Below are positions 48,937-59,163 of a stretch of 64,000 bases of DNA, in pieces; the first letter of the stretch is position 1, and every line of letters starts with the position of its first letter. Both the position numbers and the translations under genes were made by a program. Under the pieces are notes generated by a model. It was given only the letters and a program-made list of their open reading frames with translations. It ran no database searches and was not told the origin of the DNA. The stretch comes from an uncultured Candidatus Saccharibacteria bacterium. GTDB lineage: Bacteria > Patescibacteriota > Minisyncoccia > Phycocordibacterales > UBA918. The stretch covers positions 228,528 to 292,527 of the forward strand of contig CAYGLK010000001.1 of the NCBI GenBank assembly GCA_964350985.1. The letters are read 5' to 3'.

Positions 48937-49164
48937 TTAGAGTCTCTTGGTAATACGCGCTTTTCCTCCGTATGGATCTAGTACCATACCGACTTTGTCA
49001 CCGACGAGAACTCTAATGCGATATTTCCGCATTTTACCCGCCAAGTAAGCAATAACCACTTTTTTAGAATCGTCAAGAATAACACGAAAAAAAGCATTAG
49101 GTAGAGCTTCCTCTACAATCCCGTAGGCTAAGTCTTCTTTTGTGGGTATTTCTTGTTGATCCAT
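48937..49164 (-). CDS. infA: translation initiation factor IF-1
   Basis: S1-like domain GKMRKYRIRVLVGDKV. Confidence 0.9.
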   Translation of the reverse strand: MDQQEIPTKEDLAYGIVEEALPNAFFRVILDDSKKVVIAYLAGKMRKYRIRVLVGDKVGMVLDPYGGKARITKRL

Positions 49165-49227
49165 TAAACGAGGCTGAGTGTAACAAAATTACCTAAACGA
49201 GTCAAGGGTAGTTACTGTTAATTACTA

Positions 49228-50586
49228 TTATTCCTTTTCACCAATTACCTCAATTATGACAATTTCCTCTGGTTCTTCCGGAAATGAGGTTCGCCAGAAT
49301 GGTTTGCTTGATACTCTTGCACTTTTGATACCAGGATGAGCTGTTAGTACAGTACTAATAGAGGTTTTTGACTTACCTGCTAGGTCTTTTTGTAGTTTTT
49401 CTGCATCAAACTCAGATACAATCAAAGGTCGCCCAGTAAGTTTAAACTTTAGTGATGTTAAGTTAGCGATATTTGCTGAGTTAGTACCGATATCAGTGTA
49501 ACTAAAATCAAGGGCCTCAGTGTCTACTATTCTCACTGCTTCACGTCCATAAGTAGAGATGGTTTCTTTTGCAAGGTAAGCGGCAAATTCTTCTTGTTTA
49601 AACAGCGGTAGCTGAAGGACTGCCTGCTCTCGGATAGTTACTAAATTTTCACCATATGAAACAGTTGGTAAGGCAGTGTATGAGATGGCTACCGATTCTT
49701 TGAAGCTTGTGAAGCCGGCTGGTTTTTCACTCTCAATTCTTTCTAGGAGTTTAGTCCTCAGGCTCAGTTGTAGTTCTTGTCTAGCAGTACTAAGCTCAGC
49801 ATCGTTGATTAAGAACTTTTGTCCCTTGTAACCACCAGTCATTGCTTCTTTGTTAGTGGCGTAGATAGAAGTGTAAAGTTCATCTAAGTTACTTTCTTTA
49901 AATCCTGGTACTGAAAAACGAGTGTTGGCAGCTAAGTTATATTCTTGCCCGACAGCGTCAGCAAAGACTTCAGCTCTGATGGTGCCTGGTACAGTTACTC
50001 CAGCGCTATCCTTTAGAGCTCCAGGAACAACAACAGATTCTTGAATTCTGAAAACTATACCATCAGGTGATTCAAAACGAGTATTTTTAATTAGTCTTTC
50101 TGATCCTGGGGTAGTTTTAACTATTTCAATGAATCCTTTAGCTTGTGTCTCAACATATTCTTCTCCAGTAGCAGCTACTTGACGCTCAGCCACTTCATCA
50201 ATAGTGATGATTTCGTAGCTTAGAGACGAATCTCTCCTGTCTGGATAGGCGGTAAATTCTGCATTGACTACCGGTTCACGATATTCTGGAAAAACTGTTA
50301 ATGTTGTCTTTGATAATACGGCACTCATAAAGAGCACCAAAACAATCAATAGTGTGACAACAGAGGTTAAAATCAAGTATTTCTTCTTATTTGATTTGTT
50401 ACCGTCTCTGACTTCTATATTCTCTACCTCATCATCACTACTTTCAGTATTAACGTCTCGTTCTCCCTCCGCTTCTTCAGAGTATTGTTGTGGCCTTTTT
50501 AAGTTTAATGGACGCTCAGAAGAGGTTCTTTTTTTTGATTCAACTGGACGAATGTCCTGCAAGTTCCATTTTTGTGTCATAAGCAA
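49228..50586 (-). CDS. membrane-anchored protein, unknown (charged N-terminus, single TM, large ectodomain)
   Basis: 452 aa. Confidence 0.4.
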   Translation of the reverse strand: MLMTQKWNLQDIRPVESKKRTSSERPLNLKRPQQYSEEAEGERDVNTESSDDEVENIEVRDGNKSNKKKYLILTSVVTLLIVLVLFMSAVLSKTTLTVFPEYREPVVNAEFTAYPDRRDSSLSYEIITIDEVAERQVAATGEEYVETQAKGFIEIVKTTPGSERLIKNTRFESPDGIVFRIQESVVVPGALKDSAGVTVPGTIRAEVFADAVGQEYNLAANTRFSVPGFKESNLDELYTSIYATNKEAMTGGYKGQKFLINDAELSTARQELQLSLRTKLLERIESEKPAGFTSFKESVAISYTALPTVSYGENLVTIREQAVLQLPLFKQEEFAAYLAKETISTYGREAVRIVDTEALDFSYTDIGTNSANIANLTSLKFKLTGRPLIVSEFDAEKLQKDLAGKSKTSISTVLTAHPGIKSARVSSKPFWRTSFPEEPEEIVIIEVIGEKE

Positions 50587-50607
50587 TTGTTTATACAGTA
50601 TAGCTTT

Positions 50608-51837
50608 TTATAAATGATCAAACCGTTCATGCAGGTCCTTCGTGTGGAAAAACTGTGCTGTTATTAATAAAGCAGTGTCCTGGTCTTTTAGGGCTATGTT
50701 TGTATCTTTATCAGCAAAGTTTTTTGTAAGTAGTTCACTGGTTATATTATAAGCGGCGTGGTCTAGGCGCGTAGCTACTTTAGCTGCCCTCTTAACTTGT
50801 ATATTAAAGAATGGTTCGCTTGCTAGGTTTCCATGAATGTAAATCTTTTTTGGTATAGCAAGACTGTCGCCAGTTTCATGAAAAAGTTCGGTCAATTTCT
50901 TTTGATATTTTTCGAGTAAAGCTTCTACTGACTTAATTTGAGTCTCAGTAGCTGATTGCATGAAAGAGAAGATGTCTTCATTTCCAAGATAGCCAAAAGC
51001 TTCGTCTGAAGTAATAGATAAAATATCAGCCATTTCTCTAGCTAAGGTGTATGAACCATACGGGACATGAGTACAGTAGTTTAAGACTCCATTTCTAACA
51101 ATACCGATCTCAGTGCTTTCATAAGTTATATCAACTAAACAGTATTCAGAACTAGTTTCGTTGAGACTATTGATAACATGAAAATACGGCAACATAAATG
51201 AATGTTGAGCCATAGTTGTTTTGGGTAAAATTTTGCCTTTAATTTCAACTATTGCTTCGGTCAGATTCTTTTGAACTACCGAACTAGCCTCTACGATTTT
51301 GAGAACTTTCGCTTTTTGTTTGCCAGTAACGTTAATTATATAATCGTTTGCAGTGATTTGTAGAGTTTTTTTAGCGATAACTGCTAAACCATAATCACTA
51401 ATTTTTTCTTTTTCTTCTAATTCTTCTTGTGCTTTCTTATGAGCCGTTCTTAGTAATTCTTGCACTAGTTCTATTGATACTTCGAAATCGTCTTTGTTTT
51501 CATAAACTATTGTCTTGGTGGTGGTATATGACCAAGGAGCAGCAATTGTTACCTGTAAAAATTCGATGTCATTAGTTTTATGAGTTTCATATAACTTTTG
51601 TCTTCCTTGTGAATCAAGTAGCATCATAACGCCCATCAATGAAGTCAAGATTCCTTTAGTGTTGTTTGGAGAAGCGGTGTCTTTTTTGATCGGAGTATAT
51701 TCACGTTTTGACCAGATTATTTCGGGAGCTTTTTTGCTTGGATCAGAAGCTACAATTGCCGCCAAAACACTACCTGAACCAATATCAAGTAATGCTCCAT
51801 ACCGGACATCTTTTTTTTGAGATACAAAAAAACCCAT
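50608..51837 (-). CDS. actin-like (ASKHA) ATPase, FtsA/PilM/Ppx-like
   Basis: N-terminal phosphate-1 motif ALLDIGSGSV; about 410 aa; the family is uncertain. Confidence 0.4.
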   Translation of the reverse strand: MGFFVSQKKDVRYGALLDIGSGSVLAAIVASDPSKKAPEIIWSKREYTPIKKDTASPNNTKGILTSLMGVMMLLDSQGRQKLYETHKTNDIEFLQVTIAAPWSYTTTKTIVYENKDDFEVSIELVQELLRTAHKKAQEELEEKEKISDYGLAVIAKKTLQITANDYIINVTGKQKAKVLKIVEASSVVQKNLTEAIVEIKGKILPKTTMAQHSFMLPYFHVINSLNETSSEYCLVDITYESTEIGIVRNGVLNYCTHVPYGSYTLAREMADILSITSDEAFGYLGNEDIFSFMQSATETQIKSVEALLEKYQKKLTELFHETGDSLAIPKKIYIHGNLASEPFFNIQVKRAAKVATRLDHAAYNITSELLTKNFADKDTNIALKDQDTALLITAQFFHTKDLHERFDHL

Positions 51838-51899
51838 GTCTTTTAATTATACAGGGTTTTACTGTGGATATTAGTTTTATTTATTTTTGTCGTGGATAG

Positions 51900-53852
51900 T
51901 TATTCTAAAATCGCTTTAATTCGACGAACTCCCGCAGAAGAAGATTCTTCTTTTGTAATTCTAAATTTCTTTTTGATATCTTCTAGTTTTTCTACATGTG
52001 GGCCACCACAAAGCTCTCTTGAAAAGACAGTCCCATTATTGCCAGTCATAGTATAAACTTTCACCTCGTCTGGGTATCTGTCCCAGAAACTAGCTTCAAT
52101 ACTCTTGTCTTCCTGAGCTACTGACTTTGGCATCATTTCAACTGTTACTTTTCCACCGATACTTAAAGCACTATTTACAAAGGTCTCTACCTTATCTAGT
52201 GCTTCTCTTTCAATCTTTTCTCCGTGAGTGAAGTCAAAACGTAGTCGTTCAGCAGTGATGTTTGAACCGGCTTGGTGAATATCCTTACTCACTTCTTGCT
52301 GCAGTCCAGCTAACATTAGGTGTGTAGCTGTGTGAAGTTGAATTACTTGCTCAGAAGTGTCTGCTAAGCCTCCTTTAAACTTTTGTTCTGCTCCAGCTCG
52401 AGATTTTGCCTTATGTTCTTCCATGAGCTGATCAAAACCGCTCCTGGCTACTTCAATTCCCTGTTCCGCAGCTATTTCTTCAGTTAGTTCAATTGGAAAA
52501 CCATAAGTGGTGTAAAGATCAAAAGCTTTTTCAGCGCTAATTACCTTTTTCCCTACTGGTGGGATTGATTTATCAATTACCTTATTGCCCTCAACTTCTT
52601 TAGTCTTAACGTGAATTTGAAGTGAGATTTTATTAAATTGTTTTAGTCCACTTTCTAGTGTCTTTCTGAATTGCTCTTCTTCTTTGGCAATAGTTTCAGT
52701 TATATAGCTCTCTTTTTCCTTTAAATTAGGATAGTGAGCACTATATGTTTCGATAACGCTTTTAGCTAGTTCTGAAAATTGTCCAGGTGGAATGTTTAGT
52801 TTGTCAGCGTAGCGAACTGCCCTTCTGAGTAATCGACGGACAAAGTAATCTTGGTCTGTACTTCCAGGATTCACACCGTCACCAATCATAAACACAGCAC
52901 CACGGATGTGATCTGCAATAATACGAAAAGCTAAAAGCTCGTCATCATATTTTTTATTTGAGAGTCTTTCTATTTGTTTAATAGTCTCAGTAAAAAAATC
53001 AGTTAAAAAGACGTCAGAAAAACCCTTAGTGCTATGCAGGGCAGCAGCCGCCATTCGTTCTAATCCACCACCAAAATCAATATTTTTTTGTTTAAGTTCT
53101 GTAAATTCACGTTCTCCAGTTTTTACATATTGCATGAAGACATTATTTCCAATCTCCATAAAACGACCACAGTCACAGTTTGGATGGCAGTTCTTGCCAT
53201 ATTTAGTATTGTGCGGAGTACCAAAATCATAAAACATCTCTGAATCAGGACCGCCTGGCTCGCCAATAGGCATTTTGGCTGGTGTTCCTGCTCTACTCCA
53301 CCAATTCTTTTTGGATTCGTAGTAAAAAATACGCTCACCAGGATTGATGCCTCGTTCATAGCCTGCTGCTTCACTGCCAATCTCAGCTATCTTTGCCTCT
53401 ATATCTATTTTATTAAATAATTTTTGCCAGATTTGAGGAGCTTCTTCATCCTTCGGTAAATTATTTTCCTTGTCACCGCCGAAGACACTAATATAAAGCC
53501 TCTCAGGATCAATACCAATTTCGCTTGTTAAAAAAGTAAACATCCAAGTAATTTGCTCTTCTTTAAAATAATCACCAAAGGACCAGTTGCCTAACATTTC
53601 AAAAAAAGTTGTATGGCGGTTATCTCCAACTTCTTCTATGTCTTCAGCCCGGAAACAACGTTGACTGTCAGCAACCCGTGTTCCTTTTGGATGTTTTTCT
53701 CCAAGTAGATAAGGAACCATTGGCTGCATGCCACTGCCGGTAAAAAGTGTTGTTGGATCATTCTCGGGCACAAGAGCAGAGCTAGGGATGATGGCGTGTC
53801 CCTTTTGTTCCATAAACTCTAAGTATTTTTTCCGGACTTCGTTGCCGTTCAT
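51900..53852 (-). CDS. alaS: alanyl-tRNA synthetase, short form lacking the C-terminal C-Ala domain
   Basis: AlaRS catalytic N-terminus (HAIIPSSALVPENDPTTLFTGSGM), editing-domain HxxxH motifs; only 650 aa. Confidence 0.8.
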   Translation of the reverse strand: MNGNEVRKKYLEFMEQKGHAIIPSSALVPENDPTTLFTGSGMQPMVPYLLGEKHPKGTRVADSQRCFRAEDIEEVGDNRHTTFFEMLGNWSFGDYFKEEQITWMFTFLTSEIGIDPERLYISVFGGDKENNLPKDEEAPQIWQKLFNKIDIEAKIAEIGSEAAGYERGINPGERIFYYESKKNWWSRAGTPAKMPIGEPGGPDSEMFYDFGTPHNTKYGKNCHPNCDCGRFMEIGNNVFMQYVKTGEREFTELKQKNIDFGGGLERMAAAALHSTKGFSDVFLTDFFTETIKQIERLSNKKYDDELLAFRIIADHIRGAVFMIGDGVNPGSTDQDYFVRRLLRRAVRYADKLNIPPGQFSELAKSVIETYSAHYPNLKEKESYITETIAKEEEQFRKTLESGLKQFNKISLQIHVKTKEVEGNKVIDKSIPPVGKKVISAEKAFDLYTTYGFPIELTEEIAAEQGIEVARSGFDQLMEEHKAKSRAGAEQKFKGGLADTSEQVIQLHTATHLMLAGLQQEVSKDIHQAGSNITAERLRFDFTHGEKIEREALDKVETFVNSALSIGGKVTVEMMPKSVAQEDKSIEASFWDRYPDEVKVYTMTGNNGTVFSRELCGGPHVEKLEDIKKKFRITKEESSSAGVRRIKAILE

Positions 53853-53883
53853 ATTTGTCTAGACACTATAGCAAAAAATAGGA

Positions 53884-54162
53884 TTATTGCGAAAGAAGGC
53901 TTCCAATCCCTAACGCAGCACATTCAGCACCACTGCAGTGAAAAAAGGCGGTTGGTGAGTAGAAATACACCTCCAAGATATAGCCAATAGCAATCAAAAT
54001 CAAACCGATAAAGGTTAGGATCCTTTCTTGTCTGTAAGATAAAATAACCTTTTTATCAATGCGATGCTCTTTTATAAGAGAATGGTGCATATGAAGCACG
54101 GCCAAGATGACCAAAATTTTTCCTAATGCTCCTAAAGTAATTCCCCAAAATAATAAATTCAT
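53884..54162 (-). CDS. small membrane protein
   Basis: 92 aa, 2-3 TM. Confidence 0.3.
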   Translation of the reverse strand: MNLLFWGITLGALGKILVILAVLHMHHSLIKEHRIDKKVILSYRQERILTFIGLILIAIGYILEVYFYSPTAFFHCSGAECAALGIGSLLSQ

Positions 54163-54193
54163 AATTTCCGATTATTATAGCAGATGTTCTAGG

Positions 54194-55501
54194 CTATTTT
54201 TTAAAGGCTAACAATTCTTTTTTTACTTTCTCGATTGGACCAGCTGCGCTAATCAGTATTTTATCTGATCTTAAATATTTCTTTAAAGCTAGGTTTATTT
54301 CTTTCATAGAGCAATTTAGCAGTTTCTGATAAAAAACCAGATACTCATCCCAGGTTACATTTGTGGAAATTTGACCATGAACTAGAGCGGTTGCTTTACT
54401 GAGCGAGTCAAACACTAAAGTATTACTTGTTTTAATAATCTCCTGAAAGCGTGTAAATTCTGATTTGGTGATCCCCTTTTGACTGATTAGGTCTATTTCT
54501 CTTAAGGTTGAAGCGAGGCCTTGTTTAACATCTTTTGGTGAGAAGAAAGTCATAATGCGCCAATATCCTGTATCAGATGAAGAAACTTTTTCTGTTTTAG
54601 CATAGATACCGTAAGTCAGGCCTTCTTTTTCTCTCACAATACTCATTAATCTGCCTGAAAAGCCGCTCCATTTTCCCAAGACAGCCAAGCCAAAAATAAA
54701 AGCTGGTAGTTCTGGGTCGTTAAGCGTCAAAGGCAGTTGTCCGCCAATAGCTATTTCAATATTTTGTTTACTTTTTACTTCTGTCAAAACAACTTCTCTT
54801 TTGGATAGAGATTTTGTTTTAATACCTTTAGGTGAGATTAAAGAGATTGAGTTAATTGGCTTAATCTCTGAAACTTTTTTAAGAAGGTTGGAAACAGTTT
54901 TTTTGTTACCGCTCACTGTTATAGACCAATGGTTTTCTAGAAGTAGTTGATTGTAGTTTTTTAACTGAGCAGTAGATATTAAGTTAGTTTGCTTGATTAA
55001 TTCCTCGGGTAAAAAGCTGTACTGATGATCTGAAGATTGGTAAAAAGAATTTTTTAGTTTTACGTCAGCAAGTAAGCGTGAATTTTCTTTTACTAGTTCT
55101 AATCTATTAGTTAAAGAATTTTTCGCTCGCTTTATTTCTTTGCTTGAAAAAGTGCTGTTTATGAGAATGTCACTTAATATACTTAGCAGTTTATTTTGGT
55201 TTGCCTCTAGACTAGTTGCTGTTAACTTTATTTTTCCGTCCTCTAGACTAACATCAATGTTTGCCCCTATTCTTTTAAGATTATATTGAATATTTTCTCT
55301 TGTTTGGCTTTTTGTGCCAGAGAGTATGAGATCTTTATAAAGTAGACCAAGAGCCGCAGTGCTGGCTGAGTGATGGTTTAGGTAACTAAAACTGAGAAAA
55401 ACTATAGCTGTCCTGGAATCATCTTTGGTGATACTAGAGGTTGATATTTCTAAACTGATGTTTGTTTTGATATTCATACTAAAAGCTTTTATAAAACCCA
55501 A
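54194..55501 (-). CDS. M16 family peptidase, non-catalytic partner subunit
   Basis: M16 fold length and pairing with the upstream active subunit; lacks HxxEH. Confidence 0.55.
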   Translation of the reverse strand: MGFIKAFSMNIKTNISLEISTSSITKDDSRTAIVFLSFSYLNHHSASTAALGLLYKDLILSGTKSQTRENIQYNLKRIGANIDVSLEDGKIKLTATSLEANQNKLLSILSDILINSTFSSKEIKRAKNSLTNRLELVKENSRLLADVKLKNSFYQSSDHQYSFLPEELIKQTNLISTAQLKNYNQLLLENHWSITVSGNKKTVSNLLKKVSEIKPINSISLISPKGIKTKSLSKREVVLTEVKSKQNIEIAIGGQLPLTLNDPELPAFIFGLAVLGKWSGFSGRLMSIVREKEGLTYGIYAKTEKVSSSDTGYWRIMTFFSPKDVKQGLASTLREIDLISQKGITKSEFTRFQEIIKTSNTLVFDSLSKATALVHGQISTNVTWDEYLVFYQKLLNCSMKEINLALKKYLRSDKILISAAGPIEKVKKELLAFKK

Positions 55502-56810
55502 TTGTCATATTGTCCTCTCTAAACAACACATCGATTCTATCTTTTATCTGTTTAACTGAAATGTTTTTCATAGTTTTCTCAGTTCTCGAATAAGCCGTCC
55601 AGTCACCTGCTGCTACAAACTCAGTTAGCTCAGCGGCAATATTTAGACTACTGTCTCGATTAAATATTTCGTCGGTCAATGATTTAGTTACAAGTGTAGG
55701 TAGGTTTCTTTTAATATATCTTTCTTGTGTCTGGCTGACAATTTTTCTAACTAGAGCTTCCATTTTTTCATGAGTAATTTTTTTAGTGAGAGTGATATAG
55801 ATAACAGCAAGATTTGTGTCTCTTGTTGGTTCTTGGCTAACGACAACACTTGTTGCTAGCCCCTTATCAACTAATTCACGATGCAGAATATTGTCCTCTC
55901 CATCTGCCAGTAGCTCTAGACTAAGTGCAGTTTCGTACCAGCCGGCAGACGGTAGACCAGGGTGTTTTAAGCCTATAGCGACGATCTGAGTTGTTCCTGG
56001 ACGCTTTACTTCAACACGTCTAATCCCTTCTTGTTTTGGTTCAATTATTACTGGCTTTGGAATATGTGAGGTGACTTTTAGATGACTAAAGTTTTTAGCT
56101 ATTTCATCCAACGCTTCTTTTTCTTCAATGTCACCGATAATCATCAAAGTAGCATTATTTGGAGCATAGAATTTTTCATAGAAACTTCTCAGTTTTTCTA
56201 CGGTATAAGCCTCAATATCCTCTCTAAAACCAATAGTTTCATGTCCATAAGGATGACTTAAGAAAGCACATGAACACATAGTAACCGAAAGAGCGAATTT
56301 TGGATCGCCATTGTACATATCAAACTCACTCAAAACATTAGTTCGTTCAGGTTGGAATTCTTTATCTGAAAGTACTACGTCTCGCATTCTTTCAGCTTCT
56401 ATTTTAAGAGCTCTAGAAAAATGACTTTTCTCATAAGAAAAATAGTATGTGGTTCGGTCTAGCCAGGTATTTGCATTTAATACAACTCCAACCTCCCTTT
56501 CAAACTGCATAGCTGCAGAGTCAGATTTGTTCTTTAAGTCAAAACTGGTCGGTTTAAACAGCATATGCTCAAGCATGTGTGCTACTCCGGTTTCGCCCGC
56601 TTGTTCATCTCGAGCACCTGCTAAATAAGTAATATTAGTTGTAACTACTTTGGTATCAGGGATGTATTTGTATAAAACTCTCAAGCCATTTGTTTTTAAA
56701 ACAAATTCTGAAATATCGTTTACTTTTTGGATTAGTTTAAAATTTTTAGAGACGGTACTTCTCGTCTTCGCTTTTTTTGACATTATGTAAAAAGTTTTTG
56801 TATTCTTCAA
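55479..56810 (-). CDS. M16 family zinc peptidase (insulinase-like), catalytic subunit
   Basis: inverted zinc-binding motif HMLEHMLFK (HxxEH). Confidence 0.75.
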   Translation of the reverse strand: MKNTKTFYIMSKKAKTRSTVSKNFKLIQKVNDISEFVLKTNGLRVLYKYIPDTKVVTTNITYLAGARDEQAGETGVAHMLEHMLFKPTSFDLKNKSDSAAMQFEREVGVVLNANTWLDRTTYYFSYEKSHFSRALKIEAERMRDVVLSDKEFQPERTNVLSEFDMYNGDPKFALSVTMCSCAFLSHPYGHETIGFREDIEAYTVEKLRSFYEKFYAPNNATLMIIGDIEEKEALDEIAKNFSHLKVTSHIPKPVIIEPKQEGIRRVEVKRPGTTQIVAIGLKHPGLPSAGWYETALSLELLADGEDNILHRELVDKGLATSVVVSQEPTRDTNLAVIYITLTKKITHEKMEALVRKIVSQTQERYIKRNLPTLVTKSLTDEIFNRDSSLNIAAELTEFVAAGDWTAYSRTEKTMKNISVKQIKDRIDVLFREDNMTIGFYKSF

Positions 56811-57366
56811 ATACGTGATTAAACTCAGCTAGGATATTTCCAGAGAGTCGGTTGTTAATGACATTTGCTACTAGCTGGTAAGACTCTAACCTTTCATCAA
56901 AGTTTTTTCCAAAATCTTGTATAAATCTTTCAGAGGCATCAGTATAATCTTCAATAGACGTTCTAAAATTATGCATTTTGTCAGCAGCAGCAACTAGAAC
57001 AGCCTCTTTTGGACCTTTCTTTAGTTGTTCAACATATTTTCGCTTTCTGTCCTTAAAGGAAAGCCTGTCTTCTACTTCCCCTCTTGGTTCAGTCACCGCT
57101 TCTACAATGTCGCGAACTTTACCACCAAAATCTTCTTGTAGCTCATCAACGGTGTAGTCTGTGTCTTCAAGTGTGTCGTGAAGTAGGGCTGCAATTATCA
57201 CGTCCTCATCTTTGGTGTAATCAAGTAAGGTAAAAGCGGTAGCCATTAAGTGGGTCACATATGGAAATGGCATTGAACCTTTTCGTAATTGATCTTTGTG
57301 CAGCACAGCAGCAGCTCTGATGGCTTGTTCAATACGATAGGAGTACATATGGCAATAGTGTATCAC
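56746..57366 (-). CDS. HD-domain (p)ppGpp hydrolase-like protein (SpoT/Mesh1-type HD)
   Basis: HLMATA...LLHDTLEDT motif; the real start is probably an internal Met (about 57348). Confidence 0.55.
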   Translation of the reverse strand: MIHYCHMYSYRIEQAIRAAAVLHKDQLRKGSMPFPYVTHLMATAFTLLDYTKDEDVIIAALLHDTLEDTDYTVDELQEDFGGKVRDIVEAVTEPRGEVEDRLSFKDRKRKYVEQLKKGPKEAVLVAAADKMHNFRTSIEDYTDASERFIQDFGKNFDERLESYQLVANVINNRLSGNILAEFNHVFEEYKNFLHNVKKSEDEKYRL

Positions 57367-57391
57367 CTCATAGCAAGCCTGGAAACAAGTT

Positions 57392-57679
57392 TTAGACTTT
57401 TTGCTTCCAGCCCTCTTCTTTTAATTTTTTGTACTTCTCGCCTGCCCCGCCGCGATTATAGCCACCAAGGGATCCGTCACTTTTAATAACTCGATGGCAA
57501 GGAATGTTTAAATCGAAGTTTTTAGCCATTATTTGTGCTACTGCTCGAGCTGCTAAGGGATTTTTGGCTTTTTGAGCTACTTCCTTATAACTAAGTGTTT
57601 TTCCTTTAGGAATAGCTTTCACAATCTTTTCCACAGCAATTCTAAAAGTGCTTTTGTCAGGGTTATTTTTTGTTGGCAT
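57392..57679 (-). CDS. ogt: methylated-DNA--protein-cysteine methyltransferase
   Basis: active-site PCHRV; start placed at an internal Met; 17-nt overlap with the upstream nuclease gene. Confidence 0.8.
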   Translation of the reverse strand: MPTKNNPDKSTFRIAVEKIVKAIPKGKTLSYKEVAQKAKNPLAARAVAQIMAKNFDLNIPCHRVIKSDGSLGGYNRGGAGEKYKKLKEEGWKQKV

Positions 57680-58451
57680 GGTAGATAGCTTGTAACTTTT
57701 TACCAGCATGTTCACGATAAGGACAGTACTCACAGTTTTCACCAGTTGGAGGTAGGTCATTTTTCTGAAGGCAATCCTTTATCTTTAGTAGAGTCTCGTC
57801 TATCCATTCTGTCTCTCCAGTACAAGGTACTAGTGTTGTTTGGAAACTAAGCATGTCATCGAAAGTTCTTGAGTCTCCAACGATAGCGTTGGCATAGACA
57901 AAGTAACCTGTGTTATCGACTTCAAAGCCATTTTTTCGTAGTAACCATTGATAAACCCCCATCTGTCGCTTGTAAGAGTCCTCCCAACTACTGTCGCTCA
58001 ATGTTTCGATCTTAGATTCCTTAGAAGTAGCTTTGTAATCAATAACGATTAAACTTCCATCAGGTTTTTGCCAGATATCGTCAACCGCCCCAGAAATAGT
58101 AAAACCAGTTTCTTTGTCATTGTAGGTAATACCAACAAAATTTTCTCGCCAATCATCTAGAGATTTGTGCGTAAAAGGAATTGCATCGATATCATATTCC
58201 AACATTATTGGATGTGGCTCTTTTGATTCCCGATAGCTATCAAATTCTCTTTTGAATAGCTCATCCACTGCAATGTTAAGTGTAAAGGAGGGACCTCGAG
58301 GTCGTGCTGTGCCAAGTTTATTGTCTAAATAGAAGCAGCGGGGACATTCTGTAAAAAGCTCTATTTTTGAGCGTGAAAGCTTCCATTTTCCTCCACCATA
58401 GTTCCAGTCTTTGTGTCGATTTGGATTATAATACTTTTTTGTTTCAGCCAT
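57663..58451 (-). CDS. Cas4/RecB-like PD-(D/E)xK nuclease with Fe-S cysteine cluster
   Basis: N-terminal CPRCFY, central VIDYKATSK (D..K of PD-DxK), C-terminal C..CEYCPY cysteines. Confidence 0.6.
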   Translation of the reverse strand: MAETKKYYNPNRHKDWNYGGGKWKLSRSKIELFTECPRCFYLDNKLGTARPRGPSFTLNIAVDELFKREFDSYRESKEPHPIMLEYDIDAIPFTHKSLDDWRENFVGITYNDKETGFTISGAVDDIWQKPDGSLIVIDYKATSKESKIETLSDSSWEDSYKRQMGVYQWLLRKNGFEVDNTGYFVYANAIVGDSRTFDDMLSFQTTLVPCTGETEWIDETLLKIKDCLQKNDLPPTGENCEYCPYREHAGKKLQAIYHANKK

Positions 58452-58496
58452 ATCAACTTAGTATAACATCCCCATCACCGAACCCAACTTACAATA

Positions 58497-58525
58497 AAAC
58501 CGGCACTAAGGCCGGTTTTATTACT
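58497..58525. terminator. terminator
   Basis: aaaaccggcactaaggccggtttta. Confidence 0.6.
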
Positions 58526-58539
58526 TCAATAAGGGTTGA

Positions 58540-59073
58540 TTACTTAGCTGTGAAAGTAGCAAAGATTGAATCTAGTTGAACATCGTCTGCCATACTAAAT
58601 TGTCGATCTCCATTTTCAGTATAGATTACAACAGCGTAAGTCTTTCCTGCTTCAGTTGATCGCTGTAGGAAAACTTCAGTTGGAACAAGTCCTTGTGATT
58701 CACTAAATCGTGATACTCCAAGAAGACCACCCAATTGTCCGTCTGTGTAGTCTCGTACACCAATCCATCCTTCACTGATTGGATAAGTAACACTTTCAAG
58801 AGCAAGAGAACTTCCAGCTTTTGTATCTACAACACTTACGTCACCTTCTCCTACTGATAGCGCTGGTGCAACTTCAACTTCTTCATCCATTTCTTCGTCA
58901 GAGTCATCTTCATCCATTTCAGCTTCCATTTCAGTTTTGTCGTCCATCTCTTTTTCCATATCGTGTTTGTCATCAGCTGGACTTGAGAATGCCCAAACTA
59001 AAAGACCACCGATTAATAGACCAACAACAAATGAAACTATAGTCTTTTGTCCCTCCTGTTTTTCTTCTGTCAT
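58540..59073 (-). CDS. membrane-anchored protein with acidic Met/Glu/Asp-rich linker
   Basis: single N-terminal TM, EMDxxxEME repeats. Confidence 0.4.
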   Translation of the reverse strand: MTEEKQEGQKTIVSFVVGLLIGGLLVWAFSSPADDKHDMEKEMDDKTEMEAEMDEDDSDEEMDEEVEVAPALSVGEGDVSVVDTKAGSSLALESVTYPISEGWIGVRDYTDGQLGGLLGVSRFSESQGLVPTEVFLQRSTEAGKTYAVVIYTENGDRQFSMADDVQLDSIFATFTAK

Positions 59074-59163
59074 AATGCTTATATGAATATCTGAATATAA
59101 TAATAGCGAATTATATCACAAGCAAAATAAGGGCGATATTGACACTATGCCTGTTTCGAGCGG

